Below are positions 44,354 through 53,504 of a DNA stretch of 64,000 bases, piece after piece. Every line of letters starts with the position of its first letter. Position 1 is the stretch's first letter. The stretch is from an uncultured Oscillospiraceae bacterium (lineage in GTDB: Bacteria > Bacillota > Clostridia > Oscillospirales > Oscillospiraceae). The DNA lies in contig CANQKA010000001.1 of the NCBI GenBank assembly GCA_947624395.1, positions 16,446-80,445 of the forward strand. The letters are read 5' to 3'. A program made the translations under genes and the position numbers. Below the pieces are notes generated by a model. That model did no database searches and had not been told where the DNA came from. It was given only the letters and a program-made list of their open reading frames with translations.

Positions 44354-45087
44354 TTCAAAAGCTCCTTACAATATTGCAGCACCGTTTCGTAGTCCTCGCC
44401 GTCCTCCACTGGCCGGCGCAGGACGATCAGCGTCGCGCCAGCTTCAGACGCGGCCCTGGCCTTTGCATCGAACCCACCGGGCCCGCCGCCGTCCTTGGTC
44501 ACCAGATAGCGGATATCAAACTGCCGCAGCAGCGCCAGGTCCAGCTCCGCGGAAAACGGTCCCTGCATGGCGATGATGTTCCGGCTGGGGATGCCCGCCA
44601 AAGCGCACAGCGCAAGGCTCTCCGCCGCCGGGAGCACCCGAGCGTACAGCCGCGCCCTGTCCAGCCCTGCGAAAGCTTGCAGTTCCCTGGACCCGGTAGC
44701 CAAAAGCACGTTGCCCGGTCTATCCGCCAGATACGCCGCCGCGCTTTCCGCGTCCGGCACGGTCACGGCGTCGGCGGGAAGCTTGCTTTCCGGCCGCAGC
44801 AGCCGCTTGTAGGCCACCCCCGCCAGCTCTGACGCGGCCCGGATATTGGCCGTGGCAGCCGTGGCGTAAGGGTGGGTAGCGTCCACGCACAGGTCCGCCC
44901 CGGATAAAACCGCCACCATGCCGCCCGCGTCCAGATGTCCGGTGCGGACATCAACGCCCTGGGCCACGCCCTGCTGCTCCCGGCCATAGTCCGTGGCCAC
45001 GCAGACCGTGACCGACGCGCCCAGCGCCGCCAGCGCGTGGGACAGTTCCCGGCCCTCGGTCGTTCCGCCGAATACCACGATCTTCAC
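44344..45087 (-). CDS. cbiJ: Cobalt-precorrin-6A reductase
   Basis: The start is taken at GTG 45087 (VKIVVFGGTTEGREL...), which overlaps the cbiH stop as GTGA. DATHPYA and LVTKDGG motifs are present. Confidence 0.85.
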   Translation of the reverse strand: MKIVVFGGTTEGRELSHALAALGASVTVCVATDYGREQQGVAQGVDVRTGHLDAGGMVAVLSGADLCVDATHPYATAATANIRAASELAGVAYKRLLRPESKLPADAVTVPDAESAAAYLADRPGNVLLATGSRELQAFAGLDRARLYARVLPAAESLALCALAGIPSRNIIAMQGPFSAELDLALLRQFDIRYLVTKDGGGPGGFDAKARAASEAGATLIVLRRPVEDGEDYETVLQYCKELLKCK

Positions 45088-45815
45088 AGCCCATACCCCC
45101 TGGGCGTAATGAGCCTGTCGCCCTGCACGAAAGTGGCTCTGCTGCCCACAAACACGGTGGTGAACATGTCCACAGCTTCTTCCCGCAGCGCGGCCAGGGG
45201 CAGGATACGGCGTGTCTCGCCGGCGCGTCCGATGTTGCGGACCCAGCCGCATGCCGTGTCCGGGCTTTTCCCTGCGTCCAGCAGCACATCGCAGGCCCTG
45301 CGCAGATGGTCTGGTCTTCGGCTGGACGCGGGGTTATAAAGGCACAGCACGAAATCCCCCGCCGCCGCTGCCCGCAGCCGCCGCTGGATCATGTCCCAGG
45401 GCGTGAGCAGGTCGGATAGAGAAATCACGCAAAAATCGTGGCCCAACGGCGCGCCCAGGGCCGCCGCCCCCGCCAGCGCCGCCGTCACGCCGGGGATGAC
45501 CTCGATGTCCGCCGCCGGGTAGGCCTCCGCCAGCTCCAGCACCGGCGCGGCCATGCCGTACACCCCGGCGTCACCGCCGCACACCAGCGCCACGGTTTTT
45601 CCCGCCGCCGCCATTTCCAGCGCGGCGCGGCACCGCTCCGGCTCCCGGCGCATGGGCGTGGTATGGATTTGCTTGCCAGGGTACATGTCCCGGATGAGGC
45701 CTACATATGTGTCATAGCCGCACAGCACGCCGGCCTCGTCCAGCGCGGCCCGTGCCTGACCGGTCATCATTGCCGGGTCGCCGGGGCCGATGCCCACCAC
45801 GAACAGCTTACCCAT
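45084..45815 (-). CDS. cbiH: Cobalt-precorrin-3B (C17)-methyltransferase
   Basis: A 243-aa ORF. MGKLFVVGIGPGDPAMMT...VCGGDAGVYGMA...LYNPAS. Confidence 0.9.
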   Translation of the reverse strand: MGKLFVVGIGPGDPAMMTGQARAALDEAGVLCGYDTYVGLIRDMYPGKQIHTTPMRREPERCRAALEMAAAGKTVALVCGGDAGVYGMAAPVLELAEAYPAADIEVIPGVTAALAGAAALGAPLGHDFCVISLSDLLTPWDMIQRRLRAAAAGDFVLCLYNPASSRRPDHLRRACDVLLDAGKSPDTACGWVRNIGRAGETRRILPLAALREEAVDMFTTVFVGSRATFVQGDRLITPRGYGL

Positions 45816-46803
45816 CGAGCCACCTCCACGTGAACCGGCAGGGCCTGAGCGCCACGGCCATGGTGACGCCGCCGCCGGCCATCTTTTTCCACCGCAAAAC
45901 CCCGCCGGAGGCCAGCACAGCCGCCCGCTCGCACACGTTGTCCACCCCGGTCACGGTTTGGACAAAAGCGGACGACGTAAACTCCCCCGGCACCGCGCCC
46001 AGCGCGCCGGCGCTATAAGTCAAAAGCGGCCAGCCGTGGGCGTTGCAAAACCCCAGCAGTCCCGGCTCGTTTTGCTTGAGATCGATGGACGCCACGGCGC
46101 AAATGGCCTCCGGGCGCAGCCCGGTCCTTTCCAGCATGCCCGCCAGTGCCTCTTCCAGCGCGGCCTGATCTATGCCGCTTTTGCACCCCACGCCCAGCAC
46201 GGCCACCCGAGGCGCCAGCCGCAGCGCGTCCGTTTGCGTATCCCGCACGTCCAGGCGCACGTCGCAGTTTTCATCGTCCGTCAGCTCCACCCCCGCCGGA
46301 GGCTCACCCTCAATGGGCCAAGGGCTATGCAGCCGTATAGACCCGTCGGCCAGCAGCCGGCCTGAGATCGTCTTGATTTTTTCAGGGTCCAGCACGGCGC
46401 AGTTTTGGCTGCGCGCCCAGGCGTCCACGGCGAACACGCCCCCCGCGTCCGTGGCCGTGGTGACGGCGGCCACAGCGCCGCAGACACGGGCGATGGACCG
46501 GGCCAGATCGTTTGCCCCGCCCAAATGCCCGCTGAGCAGCGGCACGGCGAAATGGCCGTACTCGTCCACCGCCACCACCGCCGGGTCCCGCGTCTTGTCC
46601 CGCACGTACGGCGCGATGGCCCGCACGGCGATACCCGCCGCGCCCACGAATATTAACCCCGCGCCGGCATTAAACCGCGCCGCCGTCCACCCGTCCAGGT
46701 CAAGCGGCTCTCCGCATCTGGCCGCCTCGCCGCCCAATGCGCCGGCCAGTTTTTCGGCCAGTTCCATGCCCCTGTCTGAAAAGGCCAGATAATATAGCTT
46801 CAT
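45808..46803 (-). CDS. cbiG: Cobalt-precorrin-5A hydrolase
   Basis: A 331-aa ORF. The GAAGIAVRAIAP...PAVVAVDE.G.FAVPLLSGHLGGAN N-domain and the ASIDLK...TVTGVDNVCERAA C-domain are present. Confidence 0.9.
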   Translation of the reverse strand: MKLYYLAFSDRGMELAEKLAGALGGEAARCGEPLDLDGWTAARFNAGAGLIFVGAAGIAVRAIAPYVRDKTRDPAVVAVDEYGHFAVPLLSGHLGGANDLARSIARVCGAVAAVTTATDAGGVFAVDAWARSQNCAVLDPEKIKTISGRLLADGSIRLHSPWPIEGEPPAGVELTDDENCDVRLDVRDTQTDALRLAPRVAVLGVGCKSGIDQAALEEALAGMLERTGLRPEAICAVASIDLKQNEPGLLGFCNAHGWPLLTYSAGALGAVPGEFTSSAFVQTVTGVDNVCERAAVLASGGVLRWKKMAGGGVTMAVALRPCRFTWRWLDG

Positions 46804-47558
46804 GGCCCCTCCCCCTGGCGAAAGCCGGTGGTAAAGCTGGGGTCATAGAGCTTGCTTCGCTCATAGTCCGGACCCAGAAAGTCCCCCACCAAAATCAGCG
46901 CCGTGTTTTGGATACCAGCCTCTTGTCCAAACCGGGCCAGCGTACCCACCGTGCAGCGCACCACCCGCTGCTCCGGCCAGGTGGCCTTGTACACCAGCGC
47001 GGCGGGGGTATCGGGCGTATATGCCCCCTGCAGCAGGGCCTCCTGCACCGCCGGCAGCATCCCGGCGGAGAGAAAGAGCACCATGCTGGCCCCGTGTTCG
47101 GCCAGGGCGGACAGCGCCTCCCGCTCCGGCACGGCCGTCCGTCCGGCAAGACGGGTGATGATGACCGTCTGGCTCACACCGGGCAGGGTGTACTCGGCGT
47201 TCAATGCCGCGGCCGCGCCGCAAAAGCTGGACACCCCCGGCGTCACGTCGTAGGCAGCGCCGGCGGCTTTCAGCGCGTCCATCTGCTCCCGGATAGCCCC
47301 GTACAGGCTGGGATCGCCGGTGTGCAGCCGTACGGCGGTCTGGCCCGCCTTTTCCGCGGCCAGCAGCACGTCCAGCACCTGTTCCAGCGTCATCTCCGCG
47401 CTGTTGTACACCCGGCAGCCGTCTTTGGCATAGGCCAGCAGCGCAGGGTTCACCAGACTTCCCGCGTACACGATCGCGTCCGCTGTGCGCAAATGCTCCG
47501 CGCCTCGCAATGTGATCAGGTCCGCCGCGCCGGGACCTGCGCCCACAAAATGTATCAT
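46800..47558 (-). CDS. cbiF: Cobalt-precorrin-4 (C11)-methyltransferase
   Basis: A 252-aa ORF. MIHFVGAGPGAADLITLRG...VYAGSLV...RLHTGDPSLYGA. Confidence 0.95.
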   Translation of the reverse strand: MIHFVGAGPGAADLITLRGAEHLRTADAIVYAGSLVNPALLAYAKDGCRVYNSAEMTLEQVLDVLLAAEKAGQTAVRLHTGDPSLYGAIREQMDALKAAGAAYDVTPGVSSFCGAAAALNAEYTLPGVSQTVIITRLAGRTAVPEREALSALAEHGASMVLFLSAGMLPAVQEALLQGAYTPDTPAALVYKATWPEQRVVRCTVGTLARFGQEAGIQNTALILVGDFLGPDYERSKLYDPSFTTGFRQGEGP

Positions 47559-47567
47559 AGTTCTCTC

Positions 47568-48698
47568 CTATCCCTGCCAACGGGTCAAGATCGCACTGGC
47601 CCCGTCCGTACAGCCCAGCGGGCCGAATTCATTGGAAAACACCGCCGCGCCGGCCGTATAAGCCCCCCGGACCCGCAGGTCCAAATGCCGCTGGACGGCA
47701 GTCAGAATGCTTTGCAGCACAGGCTCACGCAGCCCCGCTTCATCCAGTAGCGCCAAGCATGCGTCCGCCGTGGCCGCGTCCATGAGCCCTCGGCATAACG
47801 CCCGGTCCGCCCCGGCTAAAGCGGCGTGGGCGCAAAAGACCTCCGCTCGACCGTCGGCATAGCGGGAGTGGGTGTTCATGACTCCCGCCGCCAGCTTGAC
47901 CAGCTTGCCGATGTGCCCCACCAAAAGCACCTCCGAAAACCCCAGTTGGGCGGCGGCGTCCAGAGCGTCGCCAATAAAATTGGAGCACTTCACCACCGGC
48001 GCCAGTCGGTCCCAGCCCTGCTCGCGCACATAGTCCATGCCGTAATTGCCCGGCGTCAGGATGAGCCGCCCGCCCCGCGCCGCAACCTGGCGCAGCTCCA
48101 ATTCGATGGTGTCCACCAGGGCCTTTTCGCTCATGGGCTCCACCACGCCGGAAGTGCCCAGAATGGAAATGCCGCCCTCCACGCCCAGTTGGGGGTTAAA
48201 CGTGCGTTTGGCCGCTTCCTCCCCGCCGGGGACCGAGAGCGTGACGGCCAGCCCAGCCGTATAGCCGCATTTTTCGCACACGGCCCGCACCTGGTCCTCG
48301 ATCATGCGCCTTGGGACGCTGTTGATGGCCGCCGCGCCCACCGGCTGGTCCAGCCCCGGCCTCGTCACCCGGCCCACGCCCGGGCCGCCGTCGATGGTGA
48401 TACCGGGAGCGCTTGTCCTGCGGACCGTGGCCACGATAGCCAGCCCGTCGGTCACGTCCGCATCGTCGCCCGCGTCCTTCTCCACGGCGCAGACGGCGCT
48501 TTCACCCTCCATGCGGCAGTAAAGCGGCGCCACGGACACGGGTACGCCCTTGGGCGTGGTCAACTCCAGCGCCTTTGGCCCTTGGCCTGTGAGCAGCAGC
48601 GTGGCAGCCCCCTGGGCCGCCAGGGCCGCGCAGGTGCCGGTGGTATAGCCGCAGCGCAAAAGCTTTTGTCCCGCCCGGACATAGTGCTCAAAAGCCAT
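47568..48698 (-). CDS. cbiD: Cobalt-precorrin-5B (C1)-methyltransferase
   Basis: A 376-aa ORF. LRCGYTTGTCAALAA...GISILGTSGVVEPMS. GGAGG RBS. Confidence 0.9.
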   Translation of the reverse strand: MAFEHYVRAGQKLLRCGYTTGTCAALAAQGAATLLLTGQGPKALELTTPKGVPVSVAPLYCRMEGESAVCAVEKDAGDDADVTDGLAIVATVRRTSAPGITIDGGPGVGRVTRPGLDQPVGAAAINSVPRRMIEDQVRAVCEKCGYTAGLAVTLSVPGGEEAAKRTFNPQLGVEGGISILGTSGVVEPMSEKALVDTIELELRQVAARGGRLILTPGNYGMDYVREQGWDRLAPVVKCSNFIGDALDAAAQLGFSEVLLVGHIGKLVKLAAGVMNTHSRYADGRAEVFCAHAALAGADRALCRGLMDAATADACLALLDEAGLREPVLQSILTAVQRHLDLRVRGAYTAGAAVFSNEFGPLGCTDGASAILTRWQG

Positions 48699-49476
48699 AG
48701 AGCTCCTCCCACCTGAGCCCTTCAGCCCTGGCCTGGGCCAGCAACTCTTCCGTCACGCCGAACAGCCGCGCCATAGTGCCCGGGGTGAAAATCTCCTCCG
48801 GCGGACCGATACGGTCGATGACACCGTCCGCCACGCACACCAGCGTGTCGGACACCCGGCGGGCCAGGGCCAGCTCGTGCAGGCTCATGAGCACGGCCAG
48901 CCCTTCCCGCGCCGCCAGGTCCTTCAGCACCGTCAACAGCTTTAATTTATACCGCACGTCCAGGTACGACGTGGGCTCGTCCAGCACCAGCAGCCGTGGC
49001 CGCTGGCATATGGCCCGTGCCAGCATCACAAGCTGGCGCTGCCCGTCGCTGACCCGGGTAAAATCCTTGTCCGCAAGGGCTGTCACGCCCACTAAATCCA
49101 TGGCCCGCCGGACCTCTGCCCGGTCGGCCTCGGTGAGAAGCCCCAGCCGCCCGGTATATGGATACCGCCCCGCGCTGACCACATCGAAGCATGTCATCAG
49201 CTCCGGCGCGGGCCGTGCCGTCATCAATATCGCCTCGGTCCTGGCCAGGTCCCGCTCGGGCACAGCGCGCAGGTCCCGGCCATCCAGGACCACCGCGCCG
49301 CCGGTAGGCGCAAGCTGGCGGGTGATGGTTTTCAGGACCGTGGACTTGCCCGCCCCGTTGGGGCCAATGAGCGTGACGATGCGCCCCGGCTGTACGGAAA
49401 GCTCGATGCCATTTACCACGGTCACGCCGCCGTAGCCCACGGCCAGGTCCTTTGTATAGAGCAGCCCGTCACCCAT
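48688..49476 (-). CDS. ABC importer ATP-binding protein (FecE/BtuD-like)
   Basis: A 262-aa ORF. Walker A GPNGAGKST, signature VSDGQRQ and Walker B LLVLDEPTS. Confidence 0.9.
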   Translation of the reverse strand: MGDGLLYTKDLAVGYGGVTVVNGIELSVQPGRIVTLIGPNGAGKSTVLKTITRQLAPTGGAVVLDGRDLRAVPERDLARTEAILMTARPAPELMTCFDVVSAGRYPYTGRLGLLTEADRAEVRRAMDLVGVTALADKDFTRVSDGQRQLVMLARAICQRPRLLVLDEPTSYLDVRYKLKLLTVLKDLAAREGLAVLMSLHELALARRVSDTLVCVADGVIDRIGPPEEIFTPGTMARLFGVTEELLAQARAEGLRWEELYGF

Positions 49477-50509
49477 CGTCCCGCCCTCCCTGTCGCCGGA
49501 GCATGAGCCATATGACCACCGGCGCGCCGAACACCGCCGTCACGGAGCCGATGGCCAGCTCCGTGGGCGCGAACAGCGTCCGGGCCAATAAATCGCAGAA
49601 AAGGCAGAACACTGACCCGCCCAGAAAGCAGGCCGGCAGCGCCGCCAGGGGCTTTGCGGTGCCAAAAAGGCTCTTCACCAGGTGGGGCACCGCCACGCCC
49701 ACGAAGGACACCGGCCCGGCGAAGGCCGTGACGCAGGCGGACAGAAGGCTGGACAGCACAATGAGCGCCGCCCGGAGCCGCCGGACGTTCACGCCCATAT
49801 TGGCCGCGTACACCGGCCCCAGCTGGTAAGCCCCCATGGGCTTGGACAGCGCCATGGCGCAGCCGAACCCCGCCAGCACCACCAGCGCCATGGTGCGCAC
49901 ATTGGCCCAGGTGACGCCGGAAAAGCTGCCCATTGACCAGTTGTGCAGGTTCACGATGTTGGCGTCGTCCGCGAAGGTGACCAGCAGGTCCGTGATGGCG
50001 GCGCATATGTACCCGATCATCACGCCGCATATAATGAGCGTGCCCATGCGCCGGACCTTGCCGGACACGGCCAGTATAAACCCCGTAGACAGCAGCGACC
50101 CGGCGAAGGCCGCGGCTATGAGCGCGGCGGACGGCAGCGCCAGCCCCCGGCCCAGGGCGGCGATCATCACCAGCGCCACCGCCAGCTTGGCCCCGGAGGA
50201 AATGCCCAGCACGAATGGCCCCGCGATGGGGTTGGCGAAAAACGTTTGCAGCAAAAATCCTGACAGTGCCAGCGCCCCGCCCAGCAGCGCCGCCGCCAGC
50301 GTCCGGGGAAAGCGTATCTGCCACAGTATCCGCGCCTGGGCGCTCTGGCCGCCCGGGTGGCGCAGCAGCGCCAGAATTTCTCCCGGCCGCATGCCCACGG
50401 TGCCGATGCCCAAGTTCATGGCCAGCAGCAGCCCCAGCAGCGCCAAAAGCACGGCGTAGCCCAGCATATACCGTTTTTTTCGGGCCAAGATCGCGGCCCC
50501 CTTTCTCAT
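49469..50509 (-). CDS. FecCD/BtuC-family ABC importer permease
   Basis: The start is ATG 50509 (MRKGAAILARKKRYMLGY...), which overlaps the upstream stop as ATGA. IRFPRTLAAALLGGALALSG is typical of the family. Confidence 0.9.
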   Translation of the reverse strand: MRKGAAILARKKRYMLGYAVLLALLGLLLAMNLGIGTVGMRPGEILALLRHPGGQSAQARILWQIRFPRTLAAALLGGALALSGFLLQTFFANPIAGPFVLGISSGAKLAVALVMIAALGRGLALPSAALIAAAFAGSLLSTGFILAVSGKVRRMGTLIICGVMIGYICAAITDLLVTFADDANIVNLHNWSMGSFSGVTWANVRTMALVVLAGFGCAMALSKPMGAYQLGPVYAANMGVNVRRLRAALIVLSSLLSACVTAFAGPVSFVGVAVPHLVKSLFGTAKPLAALPACFLGGSVFCLFCDLLARTLFAPTELAIGSVTAVFGAPVVIWLMLRRQGGRDDG

Positions 50510-51621
50510 GTGAGCCGGTGCAGGAAAGTCAAATCCGCCTCGTCCCCTTGGCCGGATATCACGGCGTACAGGTCCGCCAGCAGGTCCCCCAGGCCCGTGG
50601 CCCGCTGGTACATATCCCGGCCCATGCACCACACGTCCCCGCTCTGCACGGCCTTAAAGTCCGCCAGCAGCGGGCTTTTTTGCAGCAGCTGGTCGATCGT
50701 TTCCAGCTCGGCGTCGATGGTGCTGTTATAAATGAGCACGTCCGCGTCCCGTGCCGCGTCATAAAACGCCTCCATCTGCATGTTCATGGTGGACAGATCG
50801 TTGTCGTCCTCACCGTCAGAGTGGAGGACATATTCGCCCCCGGCCATCTCGATCAGCCGGGCGATATAGTCCCCCGGCTTGCGCACGTTCACGGCGCCGT
50901 TGGAGTTGATGAAGAAAAACGCCACCGTGGGACCGCCGTCATTATTCTCAGCGCTTTCCAGCACGGTCGCCAGCCGCTCCATCTGAGCGTCGAAAAAGGC
51001 CGCGGCCTCTTCCTCCCGGCCGGTGAGCAGACCGTACAGCTTGATCCACTCCATCCGCCCCAAAGGGTTCGGCTCATAGCTGGACCGCTCCACCAGCACG
51101 GGGATACCCAGCGCCTCCAGCTGTTCGGCGGTCTCCGGACTGTGCCAGATCATGGTGGACTCGATGGCGATGTCGGCACGCTCCGACAGCACCAGCTCAT
51201 AGTCCGGGGAAGCGTATTTGCCCGCATAGAGCATGCTGCCCTCGTCCAGCGCCTCGACCACCTCCGGCAGCGTCCAGTTGGCGGCGGTGGTGCTGGTCAG
51301 GCGCACCGCGTCCAGCGCGTCCAGCGCCCGGAAAAAGTCCATCGCCGCCGACGCCGCCAGATACACCCGGTCCAGGGGCCCGCGCAGCACGGTGATGTCC
51401 TCGTCCAGATCGTCCGGGGCGTCGGCCCCCTCGGGCGTCAGCCAGTACCGCTCCCGGCCCGCTATGGTGATGAGCGCGGCCCCGTCCGGGTAATAGTCCA
51501 CGGAAAACTGCTGGGCGTAAGCAAGCTCCATGGAGCCCACGGGCCCTTCCGCCGCATGCGCGGGAACGGCCCACAGCCCCAGGCACAGCGCCGCCAGCAG
51601 CCAGCACAGCGCCCGTCTCAC
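50506..51621 (-). CDS. Class III periplasmic-binding-protein-type substrate-binding protein (BtuF/FhuD-like), secreted
   Basis: A 371-aa ORF with a GTG start that overlaps the upstream stop as GTGA. Signal peptide MRRALCWLLAALCLGLWAVPAHA. The context is between the chelatase-like gene and the FecCD permease. Confidence 0.85.
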   Translation of the reverse strand: MRRALCWLLAALCLGLWAVPAHAAEGPVGSMELAYAQQFSVDYYPDGAALITIAGRERYWLTPEGADAPDDLDEDITVLRGPLDRVYLAASAAMDFFRALDALDAVRLTSTTAANWTLPEVVEALDEGSMLYAGKYASPDYELVLSERADIAIESTMIWHSPETAEQLEALGIPVLVERSSYEPNPLGRMEWIKLYGLLTGREEEAAAFFDAQMERLATVLESAENNDGGPTVAFFFINSNGAVNVRKPGDYIARLIEMAGGEYVLHSDGEDDNDLSTMNMQMEAFYDAARDADVLIYNSTIDAELETIDQLLQKSPLLADFKAVQSGDVWCMGRDMYQRATGLGDLLADLYAVISGQGDEADLTFLHRLT

Positions 51622-53303
51622 GGCCGGGTCTGGATAGACGCGCCGTCGAAGCGCAGGGTGTACTCGATCTCGTGGGGCGTGCCCATGGCCACCGTGTCCG
51701 CCACGATGGGGATGTCCTCATCGAAGGCCGGCACGGGGATGTCGAAGGCCGAGTTGCCCTCGGTGTTGGCCATGTCGTACCGCACGCCGTCCACCTTCAT
51801 GTAATCATAGTTGGCGCTGCTCCACACGATATGGGCCGTGGCCTTGCCGTCCTCCACCGTGAGCGCGGCGGGGCTTTCCACGGTGGCCTTCCCGGACCCG
51901 CCGGAGAGGGTCACCTCCACGGTGTACGTCCCGTCGGCCAGGTCCAGGCCATCCGATTCGGCAAAAGCGTCCTCCGGCAGCGCGTCGGAGCGGAACACCA
52001 GGGTCCTGTCGTACCAGGTCTGCTTATTTTTGCTGAACGCCGCCAGGGGTACGTCGGCGTTCAGCGCTTCCACCGGCACAGAAAACACATGCGCGCCGTC
52101 GCCGTTTTCCCCATAGGGGATATAGTCCGCCGTATCCGCTTTGGCGGCCTCGTCCGCCGTGCCGGGGTAGACATACAGATACCCCGTGCCGCCCATGGTC
52201 ATTTCGGCGGTCATGGCGCCGTCGGCCACCGTCAGGGTGCAGGAGACCACGCGGAACATGGATGAGCTGGAATCCACGGCGATGTCATATGCGCCGTCCA
52301 GCAGGTCCTCCGCGTACACGGGACCGTTCGCCTCATCCTGTCCCGCCGCCGGGGCAAGCTCTCCCTGGCCCAGTGTGTCCATAGCGGCCCTTGCATGGGA
52401 CACTAAAAGCGCCTGTATGTCCTCCATCTCTCCCAGGCCCTGCACGACGCACGCCACGTCGTACCCGGCGGCCTGGAAAGCGCTCTTCCAGGAGTCCTCC
52501 CCGTCCCCGGCCATATCGTTGTTGGCGTGGTCCCCGGCCACGATCATCAGCGGCCGGAGCACCACCCGGCTGTAATCCCCCGCGCCCACGGCGGCCAGCA
52601 CGTCGTCAAGATCGGGTTTTGCCTCCACGGTGCCCACGAAGTAGTTTGCATACCCCCCGTCCGTCAACGCCCGCTGCATTTTGGCGTACACGCCGTTGGA
52701 CGCGGCCTCGGTGCCGTGGCCCATGAACACGATGGCGGTCCGGCCGTCGTCGTATGCCGCCGTGGCGGCGGTGACAGCCTTTGCCACCGCCTGAAAGTCG
52801 GCGTCGTCGGCCAGGACCGGCTTGCCCAGCGCCACCGCCTCAAAATCGTCCGCGTACCGAGCCACCGCGTCCGCCAGGTCGTTGTACTCATAGCCGTCCA
52901 TCAAATGGGTAGGCTGGACCACCAGCCGCTTCACGCCGTTGTCCACGGCCCGCTGCAACGCCTGGTCCACGTTGTCGATGACCTCCCCGTCCCGCTCGAG
53001 CACGTGGTCGATGACGATCTGGCTGGTGAAGCCCCGGCGCACGCTCCAGTCGGGAAACGCCTTCTCCAGCGCCGTCTCGATGGCGCCGATGGTCAGGCGG
53101 CGGTTGTCGTTGAAGCTGGTGCCGAAGCTGACCACCATCAGTTCATTGTCCCCGATGCCGTCGGCGTTGCGGGCGTCGTCCAGAGAGGCGTCGCCGGTCT
53201 CGTAGTTTTCCTCGTCCTCCTCGGCTTCCTCGGCGGCAAAAGCGGTGGCCACCAGAGAGAACACAAGCAGCGCGGCCAGCAGGATGGATACAAACTTCTT
53301 CAT
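51618..53303 (-). CDS. Secreted CbiK-type (class II) chelatase-fold protein fused to two NEAT-like domains
   Basis: The start is ATG 53303 (MKKFVSILLAALLVFSLVATAFA, a signal peptide) after GGAG; the track start 53714 would run through the riboswitch. CbiK-like region: VVSFGTSFND...VVQPTHLMDGYEY...IVFMGHGTEA...LRPLMIVAGDHANNDM. Two roughly 120-aa modules follow (LDGAYDIAVDSSSSMFRVVSCTLTVADGAMTA... and ADGTYTVEVTLSGGSGKATVESPAALTVEDGKATAHIVWSS...). Confidence 0.75.
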   Translation of the reverse strand: MKKFVSILLAALLVFSLVATAFAAEEAEEDEENYETGDASLDDARNADGIGDNELMVVSFGTSFNDNRRLTIGAIETALEKAFPDWSVRRGFTSQIVIDHVLERDGEVIDNVDQALQRAVDNGVKRLVVQPTHLMDGYEYNDLADAVARYADDFEAVALGKPVLADDADFQAVAKAVTAATAAYDDGRTAIVFMGHGTEAASNGVYAKMQRALTDGGYANYFVGTVEAKPDLDDVLAAVGAGDYSRVVLRPLMIVAGDHANNDMAGDGEDSWKSAFQAAGYDVACVVQGLGEMEDIQALLVSHARAAMDTLGQGELAPAAGQDEANGPVYAEDLLDGAYDIAVDSSSSMFRVVSCTLTVADGAMTAEMTMGGTGYLYVYPGTADEAAKADTADYIPYGENGDGAHVFSVPVEALNADVPLAAFSKNKQTWYDRTLVFRSDALPEDAFAESDGLDLADGTYTVEVTLSGGSGKATVESPAALTVEDGKATAHIVWSSANYDYMKVDGVRYDMANTEGNSAFDIPVPAFDEDIPIVADTVAMGTPHEIEYTLRFDGASIQTRP

Positions 53304-53363
53304 GATACACACTCCTTTTTTGATACAGCGTTCCCGGAGCGAGGGCGTGTGGACGGTCGGGGG

Positions 53364-53402
53364 CGCAAAAAACGCCCTTTGTCCCACATGGGACAAAAGG
53401 CG
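53364..53402 (-). terminator. Riboswitch-controlled intrinsic terminator (expression platform)
   Basis: The minus strand reads GCCTTTTGTCCC-atgt-GGGACAAAGGGC followed by GTTTTTTG. It lies between the aptamer and the start codon. Confidence 0.75.
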
Positions 53403-53504
53403 GCAACGACCCAGGCCCCGCCGCGGGAGCGTTTGCCCCCACGGCAGCGCCGGTACCGATACGGCCAAGTCCCTCGTGGCCTGGGGCCCGCTGAAAGCCC
53501 CTGT

